Below, piece by piece: positions 34,394 to 49,300 of a stretch of DNA of 64,000 nt. Made by a program: the position numbers and the translations under genes. Origin of the DNA: Adineta vaga (lineage: Eukaryota > Animalia > Rotifera). Location: positions 14,074,001 through 14,138,000 of the forward strand of contig CP075495.1 in NCBI GenBank assembly GCA_021613535.1, given 5' to 3'. The number at the start of each line of letters is the position of its first letter. Positions within the stretch are counted from its first letter, which is position 1. The notes below the pieces were generated by a model. It did not search any database. It was given only the letters and a program-made list of their open reading frames with translations, and was not told where the DNA came from.

Positions 34394-37215
34394 ATGGAAG
34401 ACGAAAGACCAGCTAGAGGACCAAAAATTGTGCAGGTATGTCATTTTAATCTTTACTTTAATGGTGATTATTTTCAATATTTATTTAGGTCAAAAACAAA
34501 ATGCCTGCACCGTAAGTTTAACGAAAAATAATTAATTGTTAATCTGTTTTCTTTTTCTCTCTCTGTGAATAATAGAATTCAAATAACAGCTGAACAATTG
34601 CTACGTGAAGCAAAAGAAAAACAATTGGAATATGTTGCCCCACCACCTAAACAAAAGATTAGTGATCCAGAAGAATTAGCCGAATATCGAATGAAAAAAC
34701 GTAAAGAATTCGAAGATGCTATACGAAAAAATCGACAGAAAATGGTTAATTGGGTTAAATATGCGCATTGGGAAGAATCACAACAAGAAGTTCAACGTAA
34801 GAGTTTGTCTTTATGTAACAATTAACTAGTAATTTCTTTATTTTTTAGGTGCTCGAAGTATTTGGGAACGTGCATTAGATGTTGACTATCGTAATATTGC
34901 TCTCTGGCTCAAATATGCTGAAATGGAAATGCGTAAGTTTTCATTGAATGCTTTTTTCCGATTCTTAAACTTGAAATCCATTTATTTAGGTTACAAACAG
35001 ATCAATCATGCTCGTAATATTTGGGATCGAGCCATAGCTATATTACCACGAGCTAATCAATTATGGTATAAATATAGTTATATGGAAGAAATGCTTGCTA
35101 ATATTGCTGGTTGTCGACAAATTTTCGAACGTTGGATGGAATGGCAACCAGATGAACAAGCATGGAATACATATATTAAATTTGAATTACGTTATAATGA
35201 ATTAGAACGTGCTCGGATGATTTATGAACGTTTTGTAGTAACACATCCAGAACCAAAAAATTGGATACGTTATGCAAAATTTGAAGAACAGAATAGTTAT
35301 ATTAAATCTGCACGACGTATTTATGAACGTGCTATTGAATTTTTTGGTGAAGAACATTTAAATGAACGATTACTATTAGAATTTGCTAAATTTGAAGAAC
35401 ATCAAAAAGAACATGAACGTTGTCGAATGGTCTATAAATATGCTTTAGAACATTTACCGAAAAGTTCATGTGACGATATTTTCAAAGCATATACAATTCA
35501 TGAAAAGAAATATGGTGACCGAACTGGTATTGAAGATGTTATTACAAGTAAACGAAAATTTCAATATGAAGCGGTAAATCTTGTTTTTTTTTCTTGTTCT
35601 TGTGTTCAAATGGATAAATTTCATATGGAACATTTTGTTTAGGAATTGAAAGAAAATTCAATGGATTATGATACATGGTTTGATTATTTACGTTTATTGG
35701 AAAGTGAAGGAGATTTAGTTGTCATTCGAGAAGCTTATGAAAAAGCAATTGCACAAATACCACCAATTCAAGTATGTATCATTTGAATAGTTAAAAGAAA
35801 TAACTTGCGATTAGGGTGTTTTTCATAGATCTACTATAAAACGAATTCTTAATTATACAATTTTGTTTTATTTCTTAGGAAAAACGTTATTGGCGTCGTT
35901 ATATATATCTATGGATAAATTATGCTTTATTTGAAGAACTTGAAGCCGAAGATATTGAACGTACACGTGAAGTTTATAAAGCTTGTATAAATTTAATTCC
36001 ACATAAAAAATTTACATTCGCTAAAATTTGGTTATACTACGCTCATTTTGAAATTCGTCAAAAAGAATTAGCATCAGTTCGAAAAATTCTTGTAAGTATT
36101 TTGAATGCTCCATCTTCATATATTTTTTCTTTATCGATAAATACTGTTTGTTCGAATAGGGTGCAGCAATTGGTATGTGTCCAAAAGATAAATTATTCCG
36201 TGGTTATATCGATTTAGAAATTCAATTGAGAGAATTTGATTATTGTCGAAAATTGTATGAAAAATTTCTCGAATTCGGTCCTGATAATTGTACAACATGG
36301 ATTAAAGTAAACAATTACATTTCACTTCGATTTATTTTCTAATTTTCTTGTTAATAGTTTGCTGAATTAGAAAGTATTCTTGGTGATGTTGAACGTGCAC
36401 GTTCTATCTATGAACTTGCCGTCGAACAATCAAGACTTGATATGCCGGAATTATTATGGAAAGCATTTATTGATTTCGAAATTGAACAACAAGAATATGA
36501 TCGTGCAAGAAGATTATATAGTAAATTATTGAAAAAAACTCAGCATGTTAAAGTAAGATGAAAAATAAAATAGATTACTTTGTATTTTTTATTTGTAATA
36601 ACAAAAAAAAATAGGTTTGGCTTAGTATGGCACAATTTGAAGCATCAATTGATGAATCTGATTCAATCGATCGTACACGTGATGTCTTCGAACAAGCTTA
36701 TAAAACTCTTCGAACAGCAAATGATAAAGAAGAACGTTTAATGCTCGTCGAACATTGGCTCAATTTTGAAGTAAATATACAAAACTTTGAAATGGATTTT
36801 AAGCAACTTGATTTTGATATTTTATAGAAAGAAAAAGGTACGAAAGAAAATATTGCTCGTGTCGAGAAAATGTTTCCAACACGTCGAAAACAACGACGAA
36901 AAATTCTCACGGAAGATGGAGTAAGTTGGATTAATATTTTGTTCAATATCAAAACGAAAATATTTTGTTATTTAGATTCCATCAGATCAATGGGAAGAAT
37001 ATACACAATTGGTCTTTCCTGATGATGAAGCTGTTCAACCTCATAAGAAATTGTTAGATATGGCTAAACGATGGAAAAAAGGTCAAGATGATGTTTCTGC
37101 ACCAGCTAATGAACTAACAACACCAACACCAACACCAACAACAACACAAGTGGAAGATGATGTTCCATTACCAGAAGCGCATGTTGATGATGATGAGATG
37201 AATGATGAATCTTAA
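34394..37215 (+). CDS. CRNKL1: Crooked-neck-like HAT-repeat splicing factor, multi-exon
   Basis: [32 protein letters not shown], many HAT repeats ([40 protein letters not shown]), FPDDE...[10 protein letters not shown]. Confidence 0.97.
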
Positions 37216-37352
37216 TTTGTTGCTGTTGTTTTTTTCCTTTTTGTGATGAAGATATTTGTACTGTATTTTTCTTTATCACTTTGGATGAAAGAAACCCTGT
37301 GAAAAAAAAGCAAATTTCTTACTCTGTTGTAGATTTATTTTCTTGATATAAA

Positions 37353-40300
37353 ATGCCGAAACAACGTACACAGACGACGACATTAAATTCATCAACAACT
37401 AATCCAACAAGTCGTCATCGTGATACTTTACCAAAAGCGAATACATCATCAGACAATGAAGATGTCATTCCTATTCCTATACAAATTTTTCTCTGGCGAC
37501 AGAGCAAGTAAGTAGAAAAGAAATGAAAAATATCTTTGTTTTTTATTTGACTATCTTACATTTTTTCTAGTCCATTCATTAAACAAAAATTTGGTAATCT
37601 TACCGATGCTTCGGCTATTGTAAGTTTAATACTTAGTTCGAAATTGAAAAAGAATCATTTCTATTTGTAGAGTTTTGACCGTGTTCTTGTTCAGAATGTT
37701 TCACATGGTTTATCACCTAGTCTTAGTGATGCTATTGCTAGTATTCCTCGATGGTTATTAAACAAAGTGGTAGGTTGATGATTTACTTCTATTTAGAAGA
37801 ATAGAATGAAACGAAGATAAATAATCCATTGATTTCTTTTTTTCAGGCATTTCCACATGTCATGCATGCATGTTCAGCAGCTATTGAACATAATCTTCAT
37901 TCAATTCAACAACAACCTTTAGCTAGTAATCATCCATCTTTACTTGTTTCTTCCTCATTATCTCTTTCTCCTTCTGCTTCAACTCAACTTCAAGTTCCTG
38001 CTAGTCATCAATTACCTGCAAGTACTCCTAATTTACCGTTACCTCTTGGTCCAGCACCTTCTATTGCTGAAAATCAATCGAGTAATCATCCAGTAGTATT
38101 ACGTGCCCAATCAGCAACACATAGTATTGGCAGTTACTCATCAATAACAAATAAACTAAGCGCAACGGAAACTCGTCTTTTCCATACATTACATTATCTA
38201 ATCTTAGATGCACCTAGTCAAAATACAAATACATCTAATCTAAGTGAACAACTTTTACCTTTAAATACAATACAATTATTTATTTACTTGTTTATTCCGT
38301 ATATTCATACTTATTTACAGAGTAATGAAAAGGAATTTTTAACTAATTCAGAACTTATACAAGGCATGCGACATATTTGGCAACCATTACTAGAATATCG
38401 TCAACCAAATATTCGAATGTTTAGTTCATTTGTAAAACCAATTATTCCATCATATGCATCACCAAATGAAAATGGTGATTATCTTTCGACAATACATGAT
38501 TCTCAACAGCAACAACAACAGCAATCACTTCAACAACAAACATTTTATATTAATAATAATAAACGCAATCGTCTATCAGTATTAGTTGAATCACCAACAC
38601 CGGTTCCAACAACAACACGGGCAATTCTTGAAGAAGTCGAAGAAGATCAACAATCGCAAGGTTCACCAGCATTACCATCATCATCTCATCCATTAAATAC
38701 ACATGATTATTCTACACTATTACCAAGATCCATTTCAGAAAAACAACCATTATCAGATTTGACCAATCAGCCAACAATGATGGCACCCATTGTTAGTAGT
38801 GAAGGAAGTAGCACAAGTTTATTTCAACCTACACCAATAAAAAAAGAACATAAATCTACTTCATCGGTTTTGGCCGATTCAGATACAACAACAAATAATT
38901 CAATTACTGATCTTAGTGCATATGGAACATCGAGTGCAGCAAAACCACGAGCACCATTAGTACATATGAGTTCAATCTGTTCAATTTCAGATTCAAGTCG
39001 TTTAACAACATCACCACAGAGTCCAGGTAGAAATTTTGCAATAAACTATCGCATCTTGTTTAAATATTTCATTTTATTTCTAGTTGATAAATTTAATATT
39101 TTACCCGGTGGACCTGGTTCATCATCATCATCCGCATCAACACCATCTGTTCTTTTACCATTACATTGTTCTCAATGTCAACAACCAGTATTTGCTCCTC
39201 ATCATCCTCCTGGCATTCCATATATTTGCTCAAGTTGTACAGCCATGAAAACAACATCTATACCAAAAGCATCTCTTCAAATATCGGATCTTCCATTTGT
39301 TTCATTACGATCACCATTAACACAAAAAGAATCCATGCCAACATCGCGACGTCATAGTTCAATCGTACCGAAAAATCGGACAAGTCAACGTTCATCAGAA
39401 TTACTTTTACTTGCGACTTATTTCGATATTGGAATCTTACGTACATTATTTAGTCCATCATGGTTAACCGATGGATACTTATGGTGTTTAGAATATTTAC
39501 ATAAACGTATTATTGATATCTCAGATGAGATACTTTCCGATGCTTTAATGAATGGAACATTACCAATAAATATTCTTCGATTTAAAAGTCTTTCGATTCC
39601 TCAATTAAATATTGGTACTGAACAAGATTATCAAGAATATTTGAAAAATATCTATTTCAATGAACAAGTTACAAATGATATTATTGAACAACAATGCATG
39701 ATGGCTGGAACAGGCGATACATCAGCATCAACATCTGTTAGACAACCTGCCACATTATTAAATGTACCATTTAAATATTTCGCTGGTAGAAGTCCGTATA
39801 CAGGAAAACATAGTCAAAAATATGATAATTTTTACAAGAAAATTAGGTAAGACTAAGATTGAATTGTATTTTGCTTTTTCTTTATAAATTAACATTTTTA
39901 TTTTCTTATAAAAATTTAAAAGAGAAAAACAATTATTGGCTAAAGGGTAATTTTGATATTCTAATAGAATGAACATACACTATGATTCTCATTGGTTTGC
40001 AAGAACATTTTCATAAAGAATTGCAAATCTATGAGAAAGATTACTTATCCCTATTCTTTCTTTTGTCTTTATTTGTTACTACTCATCCATTACTTTGCAA
40101 TACTTTTTTTTCTAATTTGTTTTTAGTAAAATTCGCTATATTGATGAAGAAGGTATTGAACATTTGGATTTGGCAACCAATGATCGTCGTGATCATCCAC
40201 TAACATCATCGAAAAGCAGTCGACTTCTTCTTGCCGATCCTGCTTTACTTTTACTTAAAACTACAACAGTCGCTGCTTCTGATCGTTCTCAAATAACTTC

Positions 40301-43300
40301 AGCAGCAACTACCGCTGCTGCAGTCGCTGCAGCCGCCACAACTGCCAATACAGCTCGGCAATCTATCGATAGTATACTAAATGCAACGAATTTGACTACT
40401 TCAAAATTGACAACATCACTGCCAGGAACCAATTTAAATACAATGAAGACATACAGTGTTAGTGATTCGGAAATAAATTACAAATTTTTAGAAGAAATCG
40501 AAGAAGCACAAGGTTCTAGTGCATATATTAATCGAAGTGGTACGATTAATTTCGGTGTTGTTCTTGCTGGAATTCATGCTGTTATATGTAAAGAACATCA
40601 TTTGAAAGTTTGTGAATTAGTTATGAATATTCTTGATGTTCTATTGGGTTTGGCTGTTATATCATCGTCCGAAGATGATATGCATAAAAAACAATTATTA
40701 ACTGTTGGTAATAGTGGAACAACTGCAGGCGATGAACATGTTGAAGAATGGTTAAAACAAATTGATGCAAAAGAAGAAGAAAAATTTCAATTAGCAGTAG
40801 ATATTACACTTCGGTAAGAAATGAAAATTTAGTTTGAAAAAGATTTGATATTGAATCTTTAATTTATAGAATTATCAAACGATTGGGTTGCCCGAATTGT
40901 CAACCACGTGGTCGGAGTTTTACGGCTGATCAATTACGTGGTAAAGTTCGATTATCCTTAAATAAATTACGTTTATTAAATCAACACCGATTTGAAAAGT
41001 AAATAGATCAATCACTTATCTTATATTCAATTCATTTCACTCTTTATTAGATATTTTCTCAATTTAACAAACCATGGTGATCTTGTTCATATTCTTGATA
41101 TATTTCATGCATTATGTGGTTACTGTTCCGAATCCAATATTGGTCTTGCTCATTACTCACCATATAGTAAAAAAAGGATTTTTTTTGTAATAACAATTTT
41201 AGTAAATTCATTGTTTTTCCTTAGTTCCAACGAAATCCGATGCGAATTCTCGACAAACTTATTCGAATAATTTTGGTAATACACATCTTGGTGTTGGACC
41301 TAAAGGAATCGATGGATTTATTTTAAATATTATATTTAAACCATTTGTTACACGTTTAATTATGATGAAAGAATATTTAATGAGTTCAGAAAATGTTGCT
41401 TTATATGGAGAATGTCGAGCATTTCTATCATGCATCAAAGAAAATCATGGTGGAATATTTCGTCTAGTTGTTTTTTCATCATTACTTGATCCAGAGAAAA
41501 AACTAAAAGCTTTTCAACAACAAGAAGCAAATACAAAATTGAAAACGAAAGGACCTCATAGTTTTGTTCGTCAAGATGGAACAACTAGTAGTGGAAAAAG
41601 AGTAGGTTTTCTTTTGAAATCAAATTAATTTGAATTGTTTATGTTTGTTATACTTCAAGGCTCCACTTAAACGTGATCTTTCTGATGATAATGATTTTGA
41701 ACGACACGGAAGTACAGGACAACAATTGCAAACAGTAGGAATTGATGAAACATCAATACCAAATATAGCAGCATCAACTTTTAGTATCAAAATGAAAAGT
41801 AATAAAGGGAAATTTAATTTTGAATTTGAATTTGAATGATCTGTTTTTTTTGCAGATGCTCGAGCACGAGCTGGATCATTGATTGGTGGTGATGATCATA
41901 GTTTATACACTCATCAAGAAGAAAGTTTATATGTTGATTTAACACTTGTTCGATTGGGTTTATTACGGTTAAATTTCATGATGGAATCATGTCCACCTGG
42001 TTCATTACCTGATCCACAATTCTTAAACAGTCTTTTAGTTCTTGTTCGTATTCTAAAAATCATCTGCTTTTGTAAATAGAGAAAAGAATATCTGTTTGTA
42101 GGATTCACCAGTCATATCAAAAGCTGCATATCTCGTTGAATGTGCACATTTTGTTCGTCGATGTTCATTAGGTCAATGGCCAGAATGGATGCGGATTAAT
42201 ATGACAACATTTCGTCCGCATGAATCGTATGCTGCTCGTACAACAGGAAATATGAATGCACGTTTAACAAAATTATATCAAGCCGCTGCAGCACGAATGT
42301 TCTATATTTGGGGTGAAGTAAGTGATTGATAATATTCTTTTGAAAAATAAAATCAATTCATCATAAATCAATTGTAATAAAAGGCTCTTTCATCACAACT
42401 TGAAACTATATTAGACAATGAACAACAACAACAAAAAGCAGCAGAGAATGCGAATGAAACAGGAGGAGGAGGAGCAGGAGGAGCGACATTTTGGAATAGT
42501 GATGAAACATATGAAGATTATTATAATGAAGGTAGACATGCATGAGATTCATTGTTGTATTTCATCAGCTTTATGTCTCGATATATATATATCTATCTGT
42601 CTGTCTGTGTATATGCGTGTAATTATATATTCATGTTTGATTTTCACTCGGAAAATTCAGAGATAATCACGAATTTCTGTATTTTGTATTTTAGCAATTG
42701 TTAATCGCTCAGGTCATGATTGTCCATATTCATTACGTGTTATTTCTTGTTTACTGCTCTATGAAATTACATCATTTTTACGCGAAACATATGAAACCTT
42801 ACCAAAACTTTCTTCAATGCCATCAGCAAGCGGTAGTCATCGTCAACAACAACCACCACAGCAGCAACAACAACATCGGTCAAATAATCAACCTACTAGT
42901 GCACCACCCACTCTTATTGAAACATCATCAACTTTGACGGATAAACGTTCAAATGATCGAATACGTATGGGTAGTGTTGTATCTCAAAATTCAAATCGAA
43001 GTTCAGCATCAATATCAAGTGATCATCCTGGACGTAAGCTTTTCTTTATTTCATTAAATTTCATTTGGTTTTTGCAATCCTTAACCACTTAGTTTCACCG
43101 CAAGCGTCATCAGCAACGATTCCACCTGTACTGAGTACAATTCCAGCTACAGTTATCAATATGAATCCATTGTTATCTGGTGAACGACATATTAGTTTTG
43201 CTGTTAATAAAGAAAATGATTCAAATGAAAGTAATCATACAGCATTATTAATGAATGATGACGATGGAGTAGTAATTATCGATGGAAATTCATCATCAGG

Positions 43301-46300
43301 AAATGTCGAACGTAGAAGTAAGATTTATTTGAAACAAAAAAACAATAAGAAAGTATGTTCTTGATTTTTAGCATCAGTTGCTGCTCATAAACAAGGAAGT
43401 GTTAGTGGTAGTAGTGGAAAATCGAAACTTATTCGACGAAGTAGTGTAAAATTAAGAAAACCATCATTAAGAATGAAAGAATCAGGAGGAAAACGTAAGA
43501 AAAGATTCTGAAATATCTTTATTTTCGAAAAAAAAGAAATAAATGTTTATTTAGTTACTCGTCGTTCATCGTATCGAACACGTCGTCGAAGTCATGCATC
43601 GAATATATCTTCGGAAACTGATGGTCATCAAAGTAATATTGGTAGTTCAGCTATGGAACCAACAGATGACTATATCAATAGTAATGATGAAGATTTTGAT
43701 CAAGGAAATTTTGATGATATTATTAATACTCGACCATTTCCATGGACAAAAATAGTCATACGTATATTGAATAATGTTAATCTAACATGTGATCATCAAA
43801 TAAAATGTGTATCAAATTGTTATGATAAACAAACAACAAGTTGTAAAAATCTTATTCAAGCATTATTGAATATGTATCGATTATCATCATCGAATTTAAC
43901 AAATGTTGGTTCATCTTTTTCACGTTCATCATCATCAACACATCGATCAACAGCACATTTAAAACGGAATGATACAACATCAAGTAAAACAGCACATGAT
44001 TTGAAGAAACGTCGAGTAAAATCACGCATAAATATATATAGATTCCTTTTAATCGAATACATTTCTATTCTCTTTTTTCAGCTTTCAACTTGTTTATTCA
44101 GTGATGGTACTGGTCAAAATGTGGAAAATGTTGCAAAAACAACAAATACAACTAAACCACCAGATGTACCTGCATATGGAATGGTTTTTGAAACAGCTGA
44201 TCCACATCTTGATAAACAAATCAATACACATTTTACTGCTGTTGCTGCTTATCTTGAGAAACAAGTTTGATGATTGATAAATTCAAAGCATAAAATCAAT
44301 TGTGTATTGTTTTAGGTTGGAACATTAACACAAGTACCATTAATGATTCTTTGTAAATCATCTGTTCTATTAGAAGATGAACATTATTCACAGATATTAA
44401 ATTTATCTTGGGAACTTTTATTAGATCGAAATGAAGAATTAGCTGCTTGTGCAGGTAAATGATTAAATAAAATTGTAATTTTTTCGACAAAGAAAAACGA
44501 TTTTTGTGTGTTTTGTTTTATAGCAACGATTGTAATTCTAACAGCTGCCCGTGCTGGTCAACTAGTTGATGCATTGTTTCATACTGAAATGGAAAATTCC
44601 TCGGCATTAATACGTTATAATGCAATATTAAAATTTCAGACATTATGGCGTTTTCGTTATCAATTTTGGATACGATTAGAAGAAGGTGCACATTCAATGA
44701 TGAAAGTAAACGATTTTAGAAAAATTAAATAACTAAAAGAAAACAACGAATCCTTTTCTAAATTAGATTCTTCCACCAAGTATTGAATTTGTTTTACCAT
44801 CACCTGCACTTGGTGTTGCAAATCTTCAAACTGTTGATCCACCATGGATGCCACATGCGAAAACACTTGTTCAACAAGTTGCTTTAAATCAAGAAGAAGT
44901 GGTATGTATAGTGCAAGAGAGAGACGATTTGTTTTAAATGAATGAATTATGTTTGATATTTTAGCGAGCGGTGGTAACTGCAAGTAAAACACGTAAAAAA
45001 CATCAACAAGAATTAATTCATTCGGCCTTAATGGCTGAAGAAACAAGTAAACGAGTAGCACGAGAAAATTTTACAATGTCCACTGTACCTATGTTGCAAT
45101 CGGCATCATTTGAACCACTTTTACATCAACCAAGAGATGAAGAAGAAGAAGGTAAAATAGAAATTGATTTTATTTCAATATATTCGCAAGAGAAATTTGT
45201 TTTAGGACATACAGATGATGATCGATTTGTTGAAACAAGTGTACAGATACGACAAGCACAAGGAACATTTCCTTCGGCATTTGGTGCAGCTGTTTATTTA
45301 CTTGTTGAAATGTTAGAAGATGAAGAAACATTGGATAATGGAGCAACAGGTTTGTTTCGATTATATCAAAGATACAATTGATCTATGCAATATTTCTTTT
45401 TTCTTCCTGTTCTAGTATCTGAGGCAGCTCGGAAAGCTCTCTGGACATGTTTAGTTGATGAACCAACATTATTAATTCGTTTCTTCTTTGAAAAACTTTC
45501 GCTTAAAGAACGTCGTGTAAGTTTAACCTTATCTTTTTACATCATATATTCATTCTCTCTTTTCTATTTTAGATCAAATCGTTTCAAAGTCTTCGTCGTC
45601 TTATGATCTGTTTAAATGATATTCCACCACAATTTGCTCATGCAGTATTTAATTATGTTCTTGGTTTATTAATGAGTATGGTACGATCACCACTTGATGG
45701 ATCACAAGATTTAATTATTGCCGGTCTTACATTATTATGGCAAATAATTCCGTATTTACATGGTCTTGTTTTGAAAGATTTGAAACAAATTTTACGTAAA
45801 GAACAAGCAGAAATGATGATATTAATAACTGGTAATATACCATCAACAAAAAAAGTTATTATTCATGGACCTGATCTCTCACAAATTCCTACTCAAGCAC
45901 TTATTCAAGAGGATACACAATTTAGTAATGTTTTACAAGAAGCTTTAGATTTTTTTGGTATACCTGATTCGAAACGTGATCGTTATTATTTAATCGATGT
46001 TAAAACTCAACAAATTCATATACCTGATACTTACGTACGTGATTTTTATTTCTTTCGTCGAAATATCTATCCACAATTATCATTAATACATATGGATGCT
46101 AAACAATCTCAACGACAATTAGAACATATGTCAATTTATTTGAAAACAACAGAATTATCGAAAGTTTTATTTGCACGTTATCTATTAGAAAATACTGCCT
46201 ATAATCAAATACATAATTGTGTGACATTTTTTCATGATGAATTAATCAAAAGTCCATCATTTCCACGGAAACCACTAGAATCTGATTATAATCTATATAC

Positions 46301-49300
46301 AAGAATATCAGATAAAGAGTTATTCAATTTAGATATGTTACATAAGTATAATTGGTAAGTTTACGATTAGAAGTCATTTGTATTGACATATAACGAGTGT
46401 ACGATTATTTTCATTTTTTAGGATTAAATTAATTTCATGTTTATTCTTCAATATGGATGGTAAAACAACTACAACATGGGATATAACTCTTTTTCTTAAT
46501 GTTATTAATGGTGCATTTATCTTACATTGTGAAGATTTTGCTATGTTACGTTTTTGTTTAGCAATTTATATAAGTACAGCTAAACATTTTCGACACATTT
46601 TTGCGACAAACGGGTATGTAGAAAAACTTTTCATTCGGCAATGAAATTCTTTTCTCATTTATTTTAGTTATCTTTTAATTATGCCAACATTTGTTCGTGT
46701 TTATTCAAATATTCAATCAAATCCGATGTTAAAAAAAGCAATTGAATATTGTTGTCGACAATTTTTTATTTTACATCGTATTCCCTTTATATTACAAATG
46801 TTGGGTAGTATATCACAATTATTAGATTTCGATGAACAAGCAGATGTTACGGATACAAATAAAATTCAACCAGTTAGTTTATTTCGTCTATTAATTGCTT
46901 TAGAACAAACAAGTGTTGATGCAATGAGAGATGAATATTCTATATTAGAATTAGTTAAAGATGATCCGTCACCAAATAAAACAACCACAACAACACCAAC
47001 AGCAACACCAGCGACAAATATGACTGTTGTAGCTGCACTTGGTCAAGGAAGTATGATTGCACCAGTAACAATTAAAACATTGGATTTTTGTTATGCCGAT
47101 GATGATGCAATTTTTACTCTTTTGAATTGTATTGATGTTTGTGTTACAGTTGGTAAGTTTAGATTGAAAGATAAAGAGAATATATCGGTTTTCTATATGA
47201 TTACTTATAGTTGCTTATGCACCAGATTCAATTCGTTCATTGCAAATGCTTGGTATTATAGATTTACTTTTACCAAAATATTTAGAATATTTAAAAGATC
47301 GTACGCTTAAAAATGATTCACAAAAACATGGTCGTGAAGAAATGAAAATCATTGAAAAATTATCTACTGCAATAAAAACAATGATTGGAGCATCGGAATC
47401 GTTAACACGAACATTTGTTGGACCAAAACTAGATACATTATCTGGAGCGAGTTATAAACATTCACGCGGTTCAAATCGTTCACCATCCATCGTTCCTGAT
47501 GAAGATTCAATGAGGTATTTATATTATTTCATTTTCATTTTCTTTTGAAATTCATCTATCAATATCTTCTATTTTAGTCGTTTTATTGATGATCGAACAA
47601 AAACTAAAGTTCAAGATGGTGATGAACATAAACAAACATCAGAATTTCGTTGGCCACGTGATACACTTCTTTCTGTTATTTCAACCTTTGTTCATTTTTC
47701 AACACAACGTTTAAAAGAATTAATCAAATCAATTAACGATCCAACATTACGCTTACCTGAATTACTCGATGCAAAATCTCATACACGTCTTGCTGATATT
47801 GCTCATGCATTATTAAAATTAGGTGGTTATGATCCAATAACAATGTCATGTCGTGGTATACAGAATTATTTTCAAAAATTATTACCATGTACAAATTGGT
47901 CACAAGAACAATTACGGCCAGCATTGAATCTCTTATTAAGACGTATTGATCGAATGTTTTCAAAGATATGTAAAAAACCAATGACAAAGGTATGATGATA
48001 GCAAAAACATCTACTAGCTAAGTTATAACTATTACTTTTTCTAGCGTTGTTTTGATTGGGAAGCAACTGCAGGAATTTTGAATGGAATTTATTTAACGAT
48101 AGATCGTCATCCATATATTGCTTATTTTCCTAATCTTAAAGTATGAATGAAGACATTTTTATAGAGGAAAATATATTTTCTATTTCTAATTTTGTTCAAT
48201 TAGGCTTTAGTATCAGGATGTATTGCACTTGTATTAAATGAAAATGTTTCGGAATCAAGTCATAGTGTTCCACGTCTTGATACACCAGCTTTTCCAAAAG
48301 AATTTTCTCGAGCAGTTATTAAACTTGTTGGAAGATATTTATTAGCTATTAGAGTAAGTTTATGAGGATGTCAATCATAATTATATATCGTTTATTCTGC
48401 TATAGAATCAACCAAATCTTGAAGCTTTAACTGGCAATAGTTGGTCATTTCCAAATATACCTTCAGCAATTAATCATCTATTACATTTTCTATTACCATT
48501 AATGTTTTGGGCAGGCAGTGGTAGAAAAGATGCACCAAAAATTCATTCCATCGATATTTCATATATTATAACAATACTTATCAATTCACTCAAACCACCA
48601 TCAAAACTTGCAGCAGCTATGGGCGCACAAACTGGTCCTGGAAGTGGAGCACCAGGACAAATTAGCAGTGGTCCTGGAGCTGGAGGTGGAAAACAACATT
48701 TAACAATTGGTGAAGCAATTCTTCAAAATAGTAGTTTCACACATAAATCAATGAGACAATTAAAAGATCTTTTACAAACAGCATCTTTATTAGGTAAAAA
48801 TTTCATTAATCAGATTTCTGCTAATTGTCGACTATTATACTAAACTTCTCCTTTATATATTACTAGGTTTAAAAGTTTTAATTATTGGCTTCAGTAAACA
48901 ATTAAAACGTGAATGGCAACGTATCGCTCAATCAATAAAACTAATGTGCAATAAACAATCGAATGTTTCACCAATTCTTCTCTCATTTATTGATTTTATT
49001 ATCACATATAAAACTCCAATCTTCGTCATTCTTCGACCATTTCTTTCTCATTATGTAATATATAAAACAAACCTTTTCCCTTTTCATCGAAACGTTTGCC
49101 TTTCCTATATCTATAGATGCATTCAATTACATCCGAGAATGAACGTGATTATGAAATGATAACGAATATTCAACAAAAACTGATCTTCGATAAAATTCCT
49201 CTATCAAAATCAACAGGAGATATTCTTCATAGTTTAATGCAAGAATTAAATCAACTAAAAGCAGAATTAACAGGTAGGATTTGTTTTCTATTCGGAGAAT

